DNA from: Candidatus Krumholzibacteriia bacterium
GTDB lineage: Bacteria; Krumholzibacteriota; Krumholzibacteriia; JAJRXK01
Direction of reading: 5' to 3'
DNA: 64,000 nucleotides
Assembly: GCA_041484665.1 (NCBI GenBank)
Contig: JBGPIA010000001.1
Location: forward strand, 480,001 to 544,000
Every line of letters starts with the position of its first letter. Within the stretch, counting starts at the first letter, position 1. Positions 20,332-29,342 of this stretch are shown in pieces. The translations under genes and the position numbers were made by a program. The notes under the pieces were generated by a model. The model did not search any database and was not told the origin of the DNA. It saw only the letters and a list, made by a program, of their open reading frames with translations.

Positions 20332-21975
20332 CTACTCGGTTCCTACCTTCACCTCGAGCAGGCGTCCGTCGGCCACGCTGCGGACCCGGCCCGCCTTGCG
20401 CAGCCGCTCCTCGATCACGGCGCTGATCAGCCGGCCCGTGCGTTGCCGGTTGCGCGGCACCAGCCCCATGTAGGTCTCCGCCTGCGAGTACACGACGAAA
20501 TCGACGCTGGCTCCGCTGTACGTGCGCGCGGGGTCGAGGGGAGCGCCTCGGACGGTGGGGTCGACCAGCTCGATTCCGCGGGCGGTCCGTCTCCAACGCG
20601 AGGTGATGTGGCCCAGCTGGAGCACTCCCTTGTCCTCCTCCTTCGCGAGCCCGACGTTGTGCTCCAGGACCTGCCGGAGCTCGGCGCCGGTGACCTCGAA
20701 CGTCACGACTTCGTTGGCGAACGGCAGGAGCTCGACCACATCCAGGCGGGTGATCGGTCCCGGCTCGATGTTCTTGCGGATCCCGCCGCTGTTGAGCATG
20801 CCGAAGTCGGCCGACTCGGCGTCAGCGAGCTCATCGCACAACCAGTTACCGACGCTGCTGTCGCGGGCATGTTCCCGATGCCACGGTGTCTCAAGCTCTG
20901 CGATTTTCACTCCATATTCGCCTTTGATCTGCCTGTCGTACTGGTTAGTGAGTTCGAGGAGCTTCTGATCTTGGCGAATATTTGTCGAAAATAGTGTGAC
21001 GAGCTCTGCGTCTGCGGAAACTACGTGTCCGTCCTCGAACTCCAGCCGCACCAGACCGGCCTCCCTCAGGTCGCCGCCGGTTTGCACGATCATGGTCTTG
21101 CCGACATGGCGCGGCTTGGTCAGCCGTGTGTGACTGTGCCCCCCGACAATCACGTCCAGATCAGGGACAGCGCGGGCTAGCTCCTCGTCGGCGTCCACGC
21201 CCAGGTGCGTCAGGGCGACGAGTAGGTCCGGTCGGGGTTGCAGGCTGGCGATCCACTGCTGCGCGGCGGCGGCGGCCGACGTGACGCGCAGGGACTTCAG
21301 AGCCTCGCTGTTCAGCAGGCGCGGCAGATCCTCGGTGACCAGCCCCACCACTCCCACGCGCATTCCGCCGAGGGTGAAGACGTGCCCCGGCTCGGGAGCG
21401 TACGGCGAGCCGTCGGAATGGAAGAGGTTCGCGCAGAGCAGGCGCCGGTGGTGCGTGCGCGCGATCAGCCGGTCGAGCGTGGCCGCGCCGTGGTCGAACT
21501 CGTGATTGCCGATGGTCCCGGCGTCGTATCCCACGCGATCGAGCAGGTCCACGACGACGCCCCCCTCCACGCCGCCCAGCTTCAGCTCGCTCAGCGGCGT
21601 TCCGGTGAGGATGTCCCCGGCGTCCAGAACGAGCACCCGCTCCCAGCGCAAACGCTGGGTGCGCACGAACGACTCGAGCGCGACCACGCCCCCCACCACG
21701 GGATGGTCGTCGCGCCAGGGCGCGGGCTCGGGGAGCAGGTGCGAGTGGCTGTCGTTAGTGTGGACGATGACCAGCCCCTGCCGTTTGCCGCCCGCGCTGG
21801 CCGGGAGAGAGGCCGGTACGATCAGCGCCGCACTCAGCAGCACACGCGCAAGCGACGTCGTGCGACGGATGGCGCGTCTGACGCGCGGTTGCGCGGGAAC
21901 AGGCCACGGCGCTCGCGGGATCCGGGGGAAGCGGGGGGTCGGCGGGATCGGGGCCATGGCGATGCGGTGGATCAT
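20332..21975 (-). CDS. Secreted bifunctional metallophosphatase / 5'-nucleotidase
   Basis: AGGAGG RBS; HTNDSHS, DAGD, GNHEFD, LTHLG, GGHSH metal motifs; C-terminal NSGGIR and LPFAN. Confidence 0.94.
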   Translation of the reverse strand: MIHRIAMAPIPPTPRFPRIPRAPWPVPAQPRVRRAIRRTTSLARVLLSAALIVPASLPASAGGKRQGLVIVHTNDSHSHLLPEPAPWRDDHPVVGGVVALESFVRTQRLRWERVLVLDAGDILTGTPLSELKLGGVEGGVVVDLLDRVGYDAGTIGNHEFDHGAATLDRLIARTHHRRLLCANLFHSDGSPYAPEPGHVFTLGGMRVGVVGLVTEDLPRLLNSEALKSLRVTSAAAAAQQWIASLQPRPDLLVALTHLGVDADEELARAVPDLDVIVGGHSHTRLTKPRHVGKTMIVQTGGDLREAGLVRLEFEDGHVVSADAELVTLFSTNIRQDQKLLELTNQYDRQIKGEYGVKIAELETPWHREHARDSSVGNWLCDELADAESADFGMLNSGGIRKNIEPGPITRLDVVELLPFANEVVTFEVTGAELRQVLEHNVGLAKEEDKGVLQLGHITSRWRRTARGIELVDPTVRGAPLDPARTYSGASVDFVVYSQAETYMGLVPRNRQRTGRLISAVIEERLRKAGRVRSVADGRLLEVKVGTE

Positions 21976-22069
21976 GGACAACCTCCTGCCGGGAGCCTAG
22001 CCCAGGCGACAGCACGAGCGCCAGACTGGCGTTGCCAAGCACTCCCCCATCGAACAGACTCGCGCCGAG

Positions 22070-23380
22070 ATGCGCACCTCCCCGCGCTCGCTCCTGGGCC
22101 TGCCGCTCTACGCGTTCGCGCTCACCGCACCGGTCTCGGTCGCCATCGGCAGCGTCGCCGTCGCGATGGTGGGGGGGGTCGCTCTGCTGCGCCAGCTCTT
22201 CCCCGCGACGCGCAGCGTAGCGCTCCCGCCGCGCCCGGTGCTCGTCGCGCTGGCACTCTTCGTGGGAACCCACGCGCTTGCGACGGCCCTGGCGGCGCCG
22301 TTTCCCGCGCACTGGGCTACCTGGCGCGGCGAGATGTTCCTCAAGCTGCTGCTCTTGGCCGTACCCCTGCTCGCTGCCGACCGGCCGCGCGATGTGGAGC
22401 GGGCAGCGCAGCTGCTGGTGCTGGTCGGAGCCGCGGTCGCCGTGTACGGGATCTACCAGCACTTCGCCGGCTGGGACCTCTGGCGGGGGACGCGCACGTT
22501 CGACACGGGGCACGGCTATTTCGCGGTGGGGTTCTTCGACCATCATTTGAGCTACGGCGGCCACGTACTCCTGCTCTGGACGTTGGGGGCGGCCTGGGCC
22601 CTGCTTGCCGACCCCGGTCAGCGCCGCGCGCGCGGAAGCCTGCTCGCCGTGGCAGCCACGGCGCTGCTGACGGCGGCGCTGCTCTGGAGCTATGCGCGCA
22701 GCGCGCAGCTGGGCGCGGGGGCGTGCGCGGTCGCGCTGACTCTGATGCTCCGTGGGCGCCGGCGGCTGCTGGGGCTCGCCGTGCTGGGCGCCCTGGTGAC
22801 CGCCGTCATGGTGAGCCCGTTCCTCTTTGCGCGATTCAGCGCGATGAGCGCAGCCGGCAGCGAATCGACGCGCATCAATCTCTGGCGCAGCTCGCTGCAC
22901 GCGATCCACGCCCGGCCTTGGACCGGTTTCGGGGCGGGCAATTTCCAGGAGATGATGCGAGCCTACGGGCTGCCAGCCCAGTACGACACCATCGCCCACG
23001 CGCACAACGATTTCCTGATGCACGCCGTGAACGCGGGTCTGCCCGGACTGGCGGCGGCGCTGCTGATGCTGTGCTCCACGACGCTGGTGTTGTGGCTGGG
23101 GCGCGGGCGCGCGGGCCGTGCGCGCTGGGTTGTCCTGGCCGGCGTGTGCGCGCAGTTTGCCATCAGCGTGGCCGGCCTGTTCCAAGTTTACCAGACCGAC
23201 AACGAGGTGGAGATGGTCCTCTACTTCCTGCTGGGATGTGGTCTCGCCCTGATCAGCCGGGGAAGCCCCGCTGCAGCACTGCAGGAGGCCACGGTCAGCG
23301 GTACGACGTTCGCCGCCGCGCCACGCAGCGGCGCCGGCATCCGCCCAGCCTGCGCTGCCGCAGGTTCATCCTTTACATAG
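22070..23380 (+). CDS. O-antigen ligase / Wzy_C family membrane protein
   Basis: Multi-pass hydrophobic protein; SYARSA, RINLWR...PWTGFGAGNF, HAHNDFLMHAVNAGLPG. Confidence 0.9.
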   Translation: MRTSPRSLLGLPLYAFALTAPVSVAIGSVAVAMVGGVALLRQLFPATRSVALPPRPVLVALALFVGTHALATALAAPFPAHWATWRGEMFLKLLLLAVPLLAADRPRDVERAAQLLVLVGAAVAVYGIYQHFAGWDLWRGTRTFDTGHGYFAVGFFDHHLSYGGHVLLLWTLGAAWALLADPGQRRARGSLLAVAATALLTAALLWSYARSAQLGAGACAVALTLMLRGRRRLLGLAVLGALVTAVMVSPFLFARFSAMSAAGSESTRINLWRSSLHAIHARPWTGFGAGNFQEMMRAYGLPAQYDTIAHAHNDFLMHAVNAGLPGLAAALLMLCSTTLVLWLGRGRAGRARWVVLAGVCAQFAISVAGLFQVYQTDNEVEMVLYFLLGCGLALISRGSPAAALQEATVSGTTFAAAPRSGAGIRPACAAAGSSFT

Positions 23381-23558
23381 TATTTATCTCAATTAATCCA
23401 CCATCTCAGATACAACCCGATCCGGCACCTGCCTTGCTCGCTCGCGCAGTCGACGCGCCCGGGCCGCCCTCCGGCGGCGCCGTGAGCGCGAGCGGGATGG
23501 CGACCGCCGACGGCTTCGCGGTGCGCCTGCCCGCTCCACCGGGAGAGAGGCGGACGGG

Positions 23559-24347
23559 ATGCCACGACGCGTCAGTGCACGGCTGGACGGCATCGCCGAG
23601 CCGGTGGGCGCCCTCCAGCAGGGGACCGCGCGGCGACGCCCGCGGGTGGTCATCACCATCGGTCCGGGTACCCCGGTGCTGGAGCGGATCGACATGATCC
23701 GCGTGGACGCGGCCCATGGCACCCTGCACGAGCTGGCTGCGCTGCGCGCGAGCTACCCGTGTCCCGCCATCCTGGACATCCCGGGGATGGACACCACCGA
23801 ACGCACATCGTTGCTCACAGCCACCGAGCTCATGATCTTCGCGTGCACCGAGCGGTTCGAGTGGGTGAGCCTGCGTGGGATCGACCGCGCCGACTTGTTG
23901 TACCATGCACGCGAGGTCCTCGACCCGGCGGTCAGGGTGGCGGCCACCCTCTCGACCTCTGGCGTCACAGAACAGTCCCTGCGCGAGATCTGTGTTGCGG
24001 CCGACTGCCTGATCCTGAGCCGTGAAGACCTCGTTTCGACCGTGGGCACGCGCGGCCTGCGCCGCTGCGTTCAGCTCGGTGTCCTCGAGGCGGCTCACTT
24101 TGGCAAGCCGTGCCTCCTCGCAACGGGACTCCCTTCGACCGCCCCCCTGCCCGACGTGGAGTTGAGCGGGCTGGTGGCGTTGGCCCGCGACGGGTGCGCG
24201 GGCTTCATCCTCAGCGGCCCGATCACCGCGGCCGCAGAGCCGCAGATCAGCATCGACCGTCTGCAGATGGTGCTCGCGCCCGCCGAGGGCGGCCCCGGGC
24301 TGCGCCCGGCTGCCCAGCTCGCGGGGCCAGCCAGCCTCGTGCTCTAG
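23559..24347 (+). CDS. Pyruvate kinase-like TIM-barrel protein lacking lid and regulatory domains, degenerate active site
   Basis: Colinear PK blocks VVITIGPG, IRVDAAHG, AILDIPG, ADCLILSREDL, GKPCLLATG, DGCAGFILSG; only 262 aa. Confidence 0.8.
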   Translation: MPRRVSARLDGIAEPVGALQQGTARRRPRVVITIGPGTPVLERIDMIRVDAAHGTLHELAALRASYPCPAILDIPGMDTTERTSLLTATELMIFACTERFEWVSLRGIDRADLLYHAREVLDPAVRVAATLSTSGVTEQSLREICVAADCLILSREDLVSTVGTRGLRRCVQLGVLEAAHFGKPCLLATGLPSTAPLPDVELSGLVALARDGCAGFILSGPITAAAEPQISIDRLQMVLAPAEGGPGLRPAAQLAGPASLVL

Positions 24348-25387
24348 CCGGAAGCTCGAACAGCGCCGGTGCGCACGGCCTGCAGCGCGCTGGCGACGCG
24401 CGCCGCGGCCTGCCCGTCCACGGTTCCGCAGAGATGGCTGGCGGCGTCCATCCCACGCTCCAGCGTGGGCCGGGGGTTGCGCAGGATCCTCAAGGCGGCC
24501 GCGGCCAGATCCAACGGCTCGTCGACCCACTCCACCGCATCGGCTGCAGCGGCGACCGGATCGCAGAGGCACGTCGGCTCGCCGCCCGCGGCCGAGCCGG
24601 CGCGCGCGGGCGCCAGCGGCGCCGCCGTCGTGATTCCCAGCGCAGGGACGCCCAGCGCGAGCGCATCGAAGAGAGCCATCCCGCTCTCCGCGATCACCAG
24701 GTCCGCCGCCGCCAGCAGCTCCGCGCGCGTCGGGCGTCCGACAACCACCGAGACACCGGGGCCGTACAGCGCGTCGGGCACCGGACGGCGCCCGGACAGC
24801 CAGCGCAGCGAGGGGGGCGCCACGACGACGTCGGCGTCGGCACGCAGGGTGACGATCGCCCGGCCCATTTTCTCGAAGGCCACGCCGTCGGCAGACGGTA
24901 GCACCAAGACCAATGCGCGCTCGCCCGGCGCGCCGAGCCCCAGGTAGCCGCGCGCCCGCGCCGCCGCCCCCGGCTCGAGCGCGGCATCCAGGCGCGGATC
25001 TCCGGTGACCGCCAGGCGGGTTCCAAGAGCCCAGGCCTCGCCGGGTGCCAGCACCAGCGCGGCCAGCGGCAGCAGGGCGGCCAGCAGGTGCTCGGGAGTC
25101 TGCTCGTCGCGCCACAGCACGATGTCGCCGTCGGGCCGCAGCCACGCGCGCAGCCGCGCAGCGGGGACCTCCCCACAGGTGACGATGGCGCCCAGGTTTG
25201 CCGCCGGCCGTATCTGCGGTTGCCAGCCCCGCTCCCGCACGACGCGCGCGGTCCACTTGCGGGAGTCCATCCAGGCGGATGGCCACCGGCCACCGGTGAG
25301 CAGAAACCGGGCGCCGGCTAGACGCCGAGCGACCGGGTCGAAACGCTCGACGTGCTCGGGAAGTGAAACAAGGAAGCCGATGGACAT
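24344..25387 (-). CDS. CDP-glycerol glycerophosphotransferase-like GT-B protein (divergent)
   Basis: TGDPRLD (cf. GYPRND), LVLVLPS (cf. ILYAPT), LLAAADLVIAESGMALFDALALGVP (cf. DILITDYSSVFFDF), DGQAAARVASAL. Confidence 0.7.
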   Translation of the reverse strand: MSIGFLVSLPEHVERFDPVARRLAGARFLLTGGRWPSAWMDSRKWTARVVRERGWQPQIRPAANLGAIVTCGEVPAARLRAWLRPDGDIVLWRDEQTPEHLLAALLPLAALVLAPGEAWALGTRLAVTGDPRLDAALEPGAAARARGYLGLGAPGERALVLVLPSADGVAFEKMGRAIVTLRADADVVVAPPSLRWLSGRRPVPDALYGPGVSVVVGRPTRAELLAAADLVIAESGMALFDALALGVPALGITTAAPLAPARAGSAAGGEPTCLCDPVAAAADAVEWVDEPLDLAAAALRILRNPRPTLERGMDAASHLCGTVDGQAAARVASALQAVRTGAVRASG

Positions 25388-25520
25388 GGGATTGCGTGCG
25401 ACGGGCCTCCCTGGCCCGTACCGCACAGCAGCCGGCACCTCTCAAGAAGCGGGCCAAGCCCCGTACTCGACGGCGCACCCACCTGGACGGGCGCCCCGGC
25501 GCGGGCTAGGCTCTGCCCGC

Positions 25521-26831
25521 ATGGATGCGGTCACACCCTGCGACCCTTGGCGGCAGCGCACCCGATGGGTCGCGGCGGCGATCTTCTTGATGACTGCCTC
25601 CTTCATCCTCACCAAGACGGGGCGGGACGCGCTCTACTTCCAGGGCCGCGGCCTCTACGGACTCCCCACCGCCTACATTGCCATGGCCATGCTGGCTTTG
25701 CCGATGGCCGCCGCCGCGCTGAGCCTGATGCGCGTGGTCGGGGCACGCCGCGCGCGCGTGCTGGCGACCTCGGCCGTCGCCCTGGTGATCGGCGCGTTCG
25801 AGGGCCTGGCACGTCCGGGCAGCGGGCCGGTGATGACGGCGTTCTTCACGCTCGTCCTGCTGGCGTTCGGGATCCTGTTCTCGATGGGATGGCTGCTGGG
25901 CGCGGACCTGCTGGACCAGGCTCCACGCGCCAAGCTGGCGCACGCCTACAGCGTGATCGGGGCGGCTTCGATCGCCGGGGGAGTCGCGGCCGCGCTGCTG
26001 GCAAAGCTGCTGGCGCGCCACCTGGAGCCCCAACGGTTCTTGCTGCTGGGGGCCGTGGCGCTGGCGGGGTCCGCGTCGGTGATGGCCGCCACCCAAGGGC
26101 GTTTCCCGACCCGCATGAGCGCGGCCAGAGCGGATGCGGCGGCCCCCGGCTGCTCGGATCTGCGGCCGCTGCTGCGAACGCGTTATGTTGGATTGCTGCT
26201 GCTCACCGGGATGACGGCCGCGCTGGGTGGCTTGCTCATCGAGTTCCAGTTCTACGTCGCCGCGGCCACGTCGCGCAACGCGGTGCGCGCGAACACGAAC
26301 CTCTTCGCCAACTTCTACCTGTTGCTCAATCTGCTCGCGCTTTCCGCGCAGCTGTGGCTGATGCCCCGCTTCCAGCGCGCGCTGGGGGTGTACGGGAGCC
26401 TGTTCGTGCTCCCTGGCGCGTTGTTGGGCGGCTCGCTGGCGCTGTTGGCGGACGCATCCCTGCTCACACGCTCGCTACTGCGCGTGACCGAGGGCGGCCT
26501 CAAGGCGTCCATCCACCGCTCGAACTGGGAGCAGGCCTACGTGCCGCTGACGCGCGCGCAACGCTCACTGGCCAAGCTGCTGGTAGACGGCGCCGGCGCG
26601 CGCATTACCGAGGGGCTGGCAGCGGTAATGCTCTACGCGTGGCTGCGCTGGATCGTGGCCGGCCGCGCGCTGGTGGGCCAGAGCACGGCATGGGTCACCT
26701 GGTCGTTGCTGGCCAGCGCCCTGCTCTGGATCGCGCTCACGCGTGCGCTGCGGCGCAGCCTCGTCCCCGCCACCGTTGCCCATGGCGCGGACGCGGAGCT
26801 GCACCTGGACATCCCGCTGCCGGATACTTGA
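25521..26831 (+). CDS. NTT/TLC-like (Npt1-type) MFS transporter; possible UGA readthrough to 26894
   Basis: About 12 hydrophobic segments; ILTKTGRDALYF, LIEFQFY, GLKASIHRSNWEQAYVPL...AKLLVDG match the TLC-family pattern. Confidence 0.85.
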   Translation: MDAVTPCDPWRQRTRWVAAAIFLMTASFILTKTGRDALYFQGRGLYGLPTAYIAMAMLALPMAAAALSLMRVVGARRARVLATSAVALVIGAFEGLARPGSGPVMTAFFTLVLLAFGILFSMGWLLGADLLDQAPRAKLAHAYSVIGAASIAGGVAAALLAKLLARHLEPQRFLLLGAVALAGSASVMAATQGRFPTRMSAARADAAAPGCSDLRPLLRTRYVGLLLLTGMTAALGGLLIEFQFYVAAATSRNAVRANTNLFANFYLLLNLLALSAQLWLMPRFQRALGVYGSLFVLPGALLGGSLALLADASLLTRSLLRVTEGGLKASIHRSNWEQAYVPLTRAQRSLAKLLVDGAGARITEGLAAVMLYAWLRWIVAGRALVGQSTAWVTWSLLASALLWIALTRALRRSLVPATVAHGADAELHLDIPLPDT

Positions 26832-26840
26832 GTGACGACG

Positions 26841-26862
26841 GCGACCCTCGGAGAGGGCTTGC
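26841..26862 (+). other. Candidate bacterial SECIS hairpin downstream of the transporter UGA
   Basis: GCGA-CCCTC [GGA] GAGGG-C-TTGC; loop starts 18 nt after TGA (26829-26831) and begins with G. Confidence 0.4.
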
Positions 26863-26908
26863 AACGGCAGGAGTGCGCGAAACGGGCGTGGTAGCGGTCG
26901 GGGCAGGA

Positions 26909-27385
26909 TCAGCCGCGCTGCAGCAGCCGCGCCGGCACGCCGGCCACCGTCGCGCCCGGCGCCACGTCGCGCGTGACGACGGCGCCGGCGCCAACCATGG
27001 CCCCGTCGCCGACGGAAATCCCGCCCAACATCACCACTCCCGACCCGATGGAGACGCGCTGGCCGATGCGCGTGCGTACGAAGCGCGGCTGCCAGTCCGC
27101 CTCACTCTCCGGCTCGCCCTGCGCATTGACCGCGCGGGGGTGCTTGTCGTTGATGAACATGACGCCGTGGCCGATGAAGCAGCCATCGCCGATCTCCACA
27201 CCCTCGCAGATGAACGTATGGCTGCTGATCTTGCAGTTGCGCCCGATGACGGCGCCTTTCTGGATCTCCACGAAGGCGCCGATGCGCGTGTCATCGCCGA
27301 TGCTACAGCCGTACAGATTCACGAACTGGTAGAGCTTCACCCTCTCGCCGAGCTTCACGTCGGGGGCGATGCAGACGTACTCCAC
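26909..27385 (-). CDS. Hexapeptide-repeat sugar N-acetyltransferase (WbpD/WxcM-like)
   Basis: FVNLYGCSIGDDTRIGAFVEIQKG, SSHTFICEGV, GHGVMFIND, GAGAVVTRDV, GVPAR. Confidence 0.93.
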   Translation of the reverse strand: MEYVCIAPDVKLGERVKLYQFVNLYGCSIGDDTRIGAFVEIQKGAVIGRNCKISSHTFICEGVEIGDGCFIGHGVMFINDKHPRAVNAQGEPESEADWQPRFVRTRIGQRVSIGSGVVMLGGISVGDGAMVGAGAVVTRDVAPGATVAGVPARLLQRG

Positions 27386-27446
27386 GGCGGACCGGCTCCT
27401 TCCTGGTTGCGGCTGCAGTAAAGGGGGCGCACGTGCCGCGCCTGCG

Positions 27447-27899
27447 TCACGGGAGCTTCTTGACGGTCTCGAGCACTTCCTCGACGTGTCCGTCGGGCTT
27501 CACCCGGACGAAGCTGCGGACCACGCGGCCGTCCTCGTCGATCACGTAGGTGATCCGTTTGGTGTAGGCGTCGTCCGGCGAGGTGACCGCGCCGTATTCG
27601 GTGGTCATCACCCGGTCTAGATCCGACAGGAGGGGAAACGGCAGGGCATGCCTGCGGGCGAAGGCGGCGTTCTCGGCGAGCGGGTCGAGGCTGACGCCGA
27701 GGATGGCCACGTTGCTCCGCTGGAACTCGTCGTAATGCTGGGCAAAGGCGAGCCCCTCCGCCGCGCACGTCTGTGTGTCGGCCTTCGGGTAGAACCAGAG
27801 GACGACCTTTCTTCCCTCGTACTCGCTCAACCGCACATCGCGTCCCGCGTGATCGGGCAGGACGAAGTCGGGGGCGAGATCCCCGGGCTTCAGCACCAT
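27447..27899 (-). CDS. bcp: BCP-type peroxiredoxin (1-Cys form)
   Basis: AAGGAG RBS; LKPGDLAPDF, WFYPKADTQTCAAEG (PxxxTxxC, no second Cys), FPLLSD, RITYVIDEDG. Confidence 0.92.
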   Translation of the reverse strand: MVLKPGDLAPDFVLPDHAGRDVRLSEYEGRKVVLWFYPKADTQTCAAEGLAFAQHYDEFQRSNVAILGVSLDPLAENAAFARRHALPFPLLSDLDRVMTTEYGAVTSPDDAYTKRITYVIDEDGRVVRSFVRVKPDGHVEEVLETVKKLP

Positions 27900-28166
27900 G
27901 GCTCCTTTCGCATCTCTAAGAATACCCAAGCTCCCCCCGCTGGCGTCAACGTCCGAAGGCGCGTCCCCCGGGCCGGCCGCCCCCGACCTCCCGGTCCACG
28001 CCCGCGCCCGCGGATGCGGGGCGGACCCGCGGAGACCTCCCAGACCCGGGCCCTGTGGGTGGGCTCACGCCTCCCGAGCAGCCGGGCCGTCATCCTACAG
28101 GGCATCTGGGCGGCAGAAACGACCGGACTGGCCGGCGCGGAGGGGGCTGGGTAGCATAGGGAGACC

Positions 28167-29342
28167 ATGGATGAGAGAGCGCGCCAGGAGCTGTTCCGCG
28201 GCAAGGTGATCCTCGCCCCCATGACCAAGGGCGGCAACCTGCCATTTCGGCAGCTCGCCGTCGAGCTGGGTGCCGAGGTCACCATGGGCGAGATGGCGAT
28301 GGCCGACAAGGTCGTTCGCCGAGCGCGCGGCGAGCTCGCCCTTTTGCGGCGCGCCCCCCAGGAGGGCTGCTTCGGGGCCCAACTGGCAGGCCGGCGGCCA
28401 GAGGAGCTCGCGCAGGCAGCCCACATCGCCCAGGAGCGCGGCGCCTCCTTCGTCGACCTCAACCTGGGCTGCCCCATCGACCTGTTCTGCAGGCGCGGCA
28501 TCGGGGCCGCGCTCCTGGAGAGGCCGGCCAAGGTGGGGACGCTGGTGGCCGCCATCCGCCGGGCAGTCGACATCCCCGTCACGGTGAAGCTACGCACGGG
28601 ATACGACGAGGAGCGGCCGCGCTATCTGGAGGTGGCCCGTGCCGCCCAGGAGGCCGGCGCCGACGCGGTCACGCTGCACGGGCGCAGCCGCACGCAGCGG
28701 TACCGGCGAGCGGCCGACTGGAATCTCGTGGGCGAGCTGACGGCGGCCCTCTCGATCCCGGTGATCGGCAACGGTGACCTGCTGACCTGGCGTGAGGTGG
28801 AGCAGCGGTGGCGGTCCACGGGTTGCGCGAGCGTCATGATCGCCCGCGGCGCACTGATCAAACCGTGGATCTTCCGCGAGATCCGCGAGCGGCGCGACCT
28901 CCTCCTCTCACCGGCGGAGCGGGCCGATCTACTGCGCCGCTGGGTCGCCCTGGCCCTTTTGCACTTTGGCGCCGACGAGCACGGCCGCACCCGTGTGCGG
29001 GACTTCCTCTGCTTCCATCTGGATTTCTTCAATCGCTACCGGCCGGTCGAGAGCGAGGCGGTCACGCCGGACGACCACCCGCTGATCCAGACGCGCGCCG
29101 ACTCACGGCCGCCCGCCGATGGCTGGCACGCCTTGCTCTACCGGACCGACCCCGAGGCGATCGCAGAGCTCGCCGACCGACTCATGGGCGAGACGCCCCG
29201 CGCCGACTGCGCGCAAGAGTCACCGGCGGCGAGAGCCCCTACCGACGAGGCGATCCTGGCGGTGACGGCCCGCGCGGCGACAGCCGCGGCGCCGGACCAC
29301 CCAACCGCTCCAGCGCCGCCTGCAGCCGCGCCAACTTCGTGA
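28167..29342 (+). CDS. tRNA-dihydrouridine synthase (Dus3-like)
   Basis: LAPMTKGGNLPFR, VDLNLGCP, VTVKLRTG, TLHGRSRTQRY, IGNGD, MIARGALIKPWIF. Confidence 0.93.
   Translation: MDERARQELFRGKVILAPMTKGGNLPFRQLAVELGAEVTMGEMAMADKVVRRARGELALLRRAPQEGCFGAQLAGRRPEELAQAAHIAQERGASFVDLNLGCPIDLFCRRGIGAALLERPAKVGTLVAAIRRAVDIPVTVKLRTGYDEERPRYLEVARAAQEAGADAVTLHGRSRTQRYRRAADWNLVGELTAALSIPVIGNGDLLTWREVEQRWRSTGCASVMIARGALIKPWIFREIRERRDLLLSPAERADLLRRWVALALLHFGADEHGRTRVRDFLCFHLDFFNRYRPVESEAVTPDDHPLIQTRADSRPPADGWHALLYRTDPEAIAELADRLMGETPRADCAQESPAARAPTDEAILAVTARAATAAAPDHPTAPAPPAAAPTS

Noticed and set aside
27447..27899. Selenocysteine form of the BCP peroxiredoxins
   Set aside because: Both copies encode Cys at the peroxidatic position and have no in-frame TGA.
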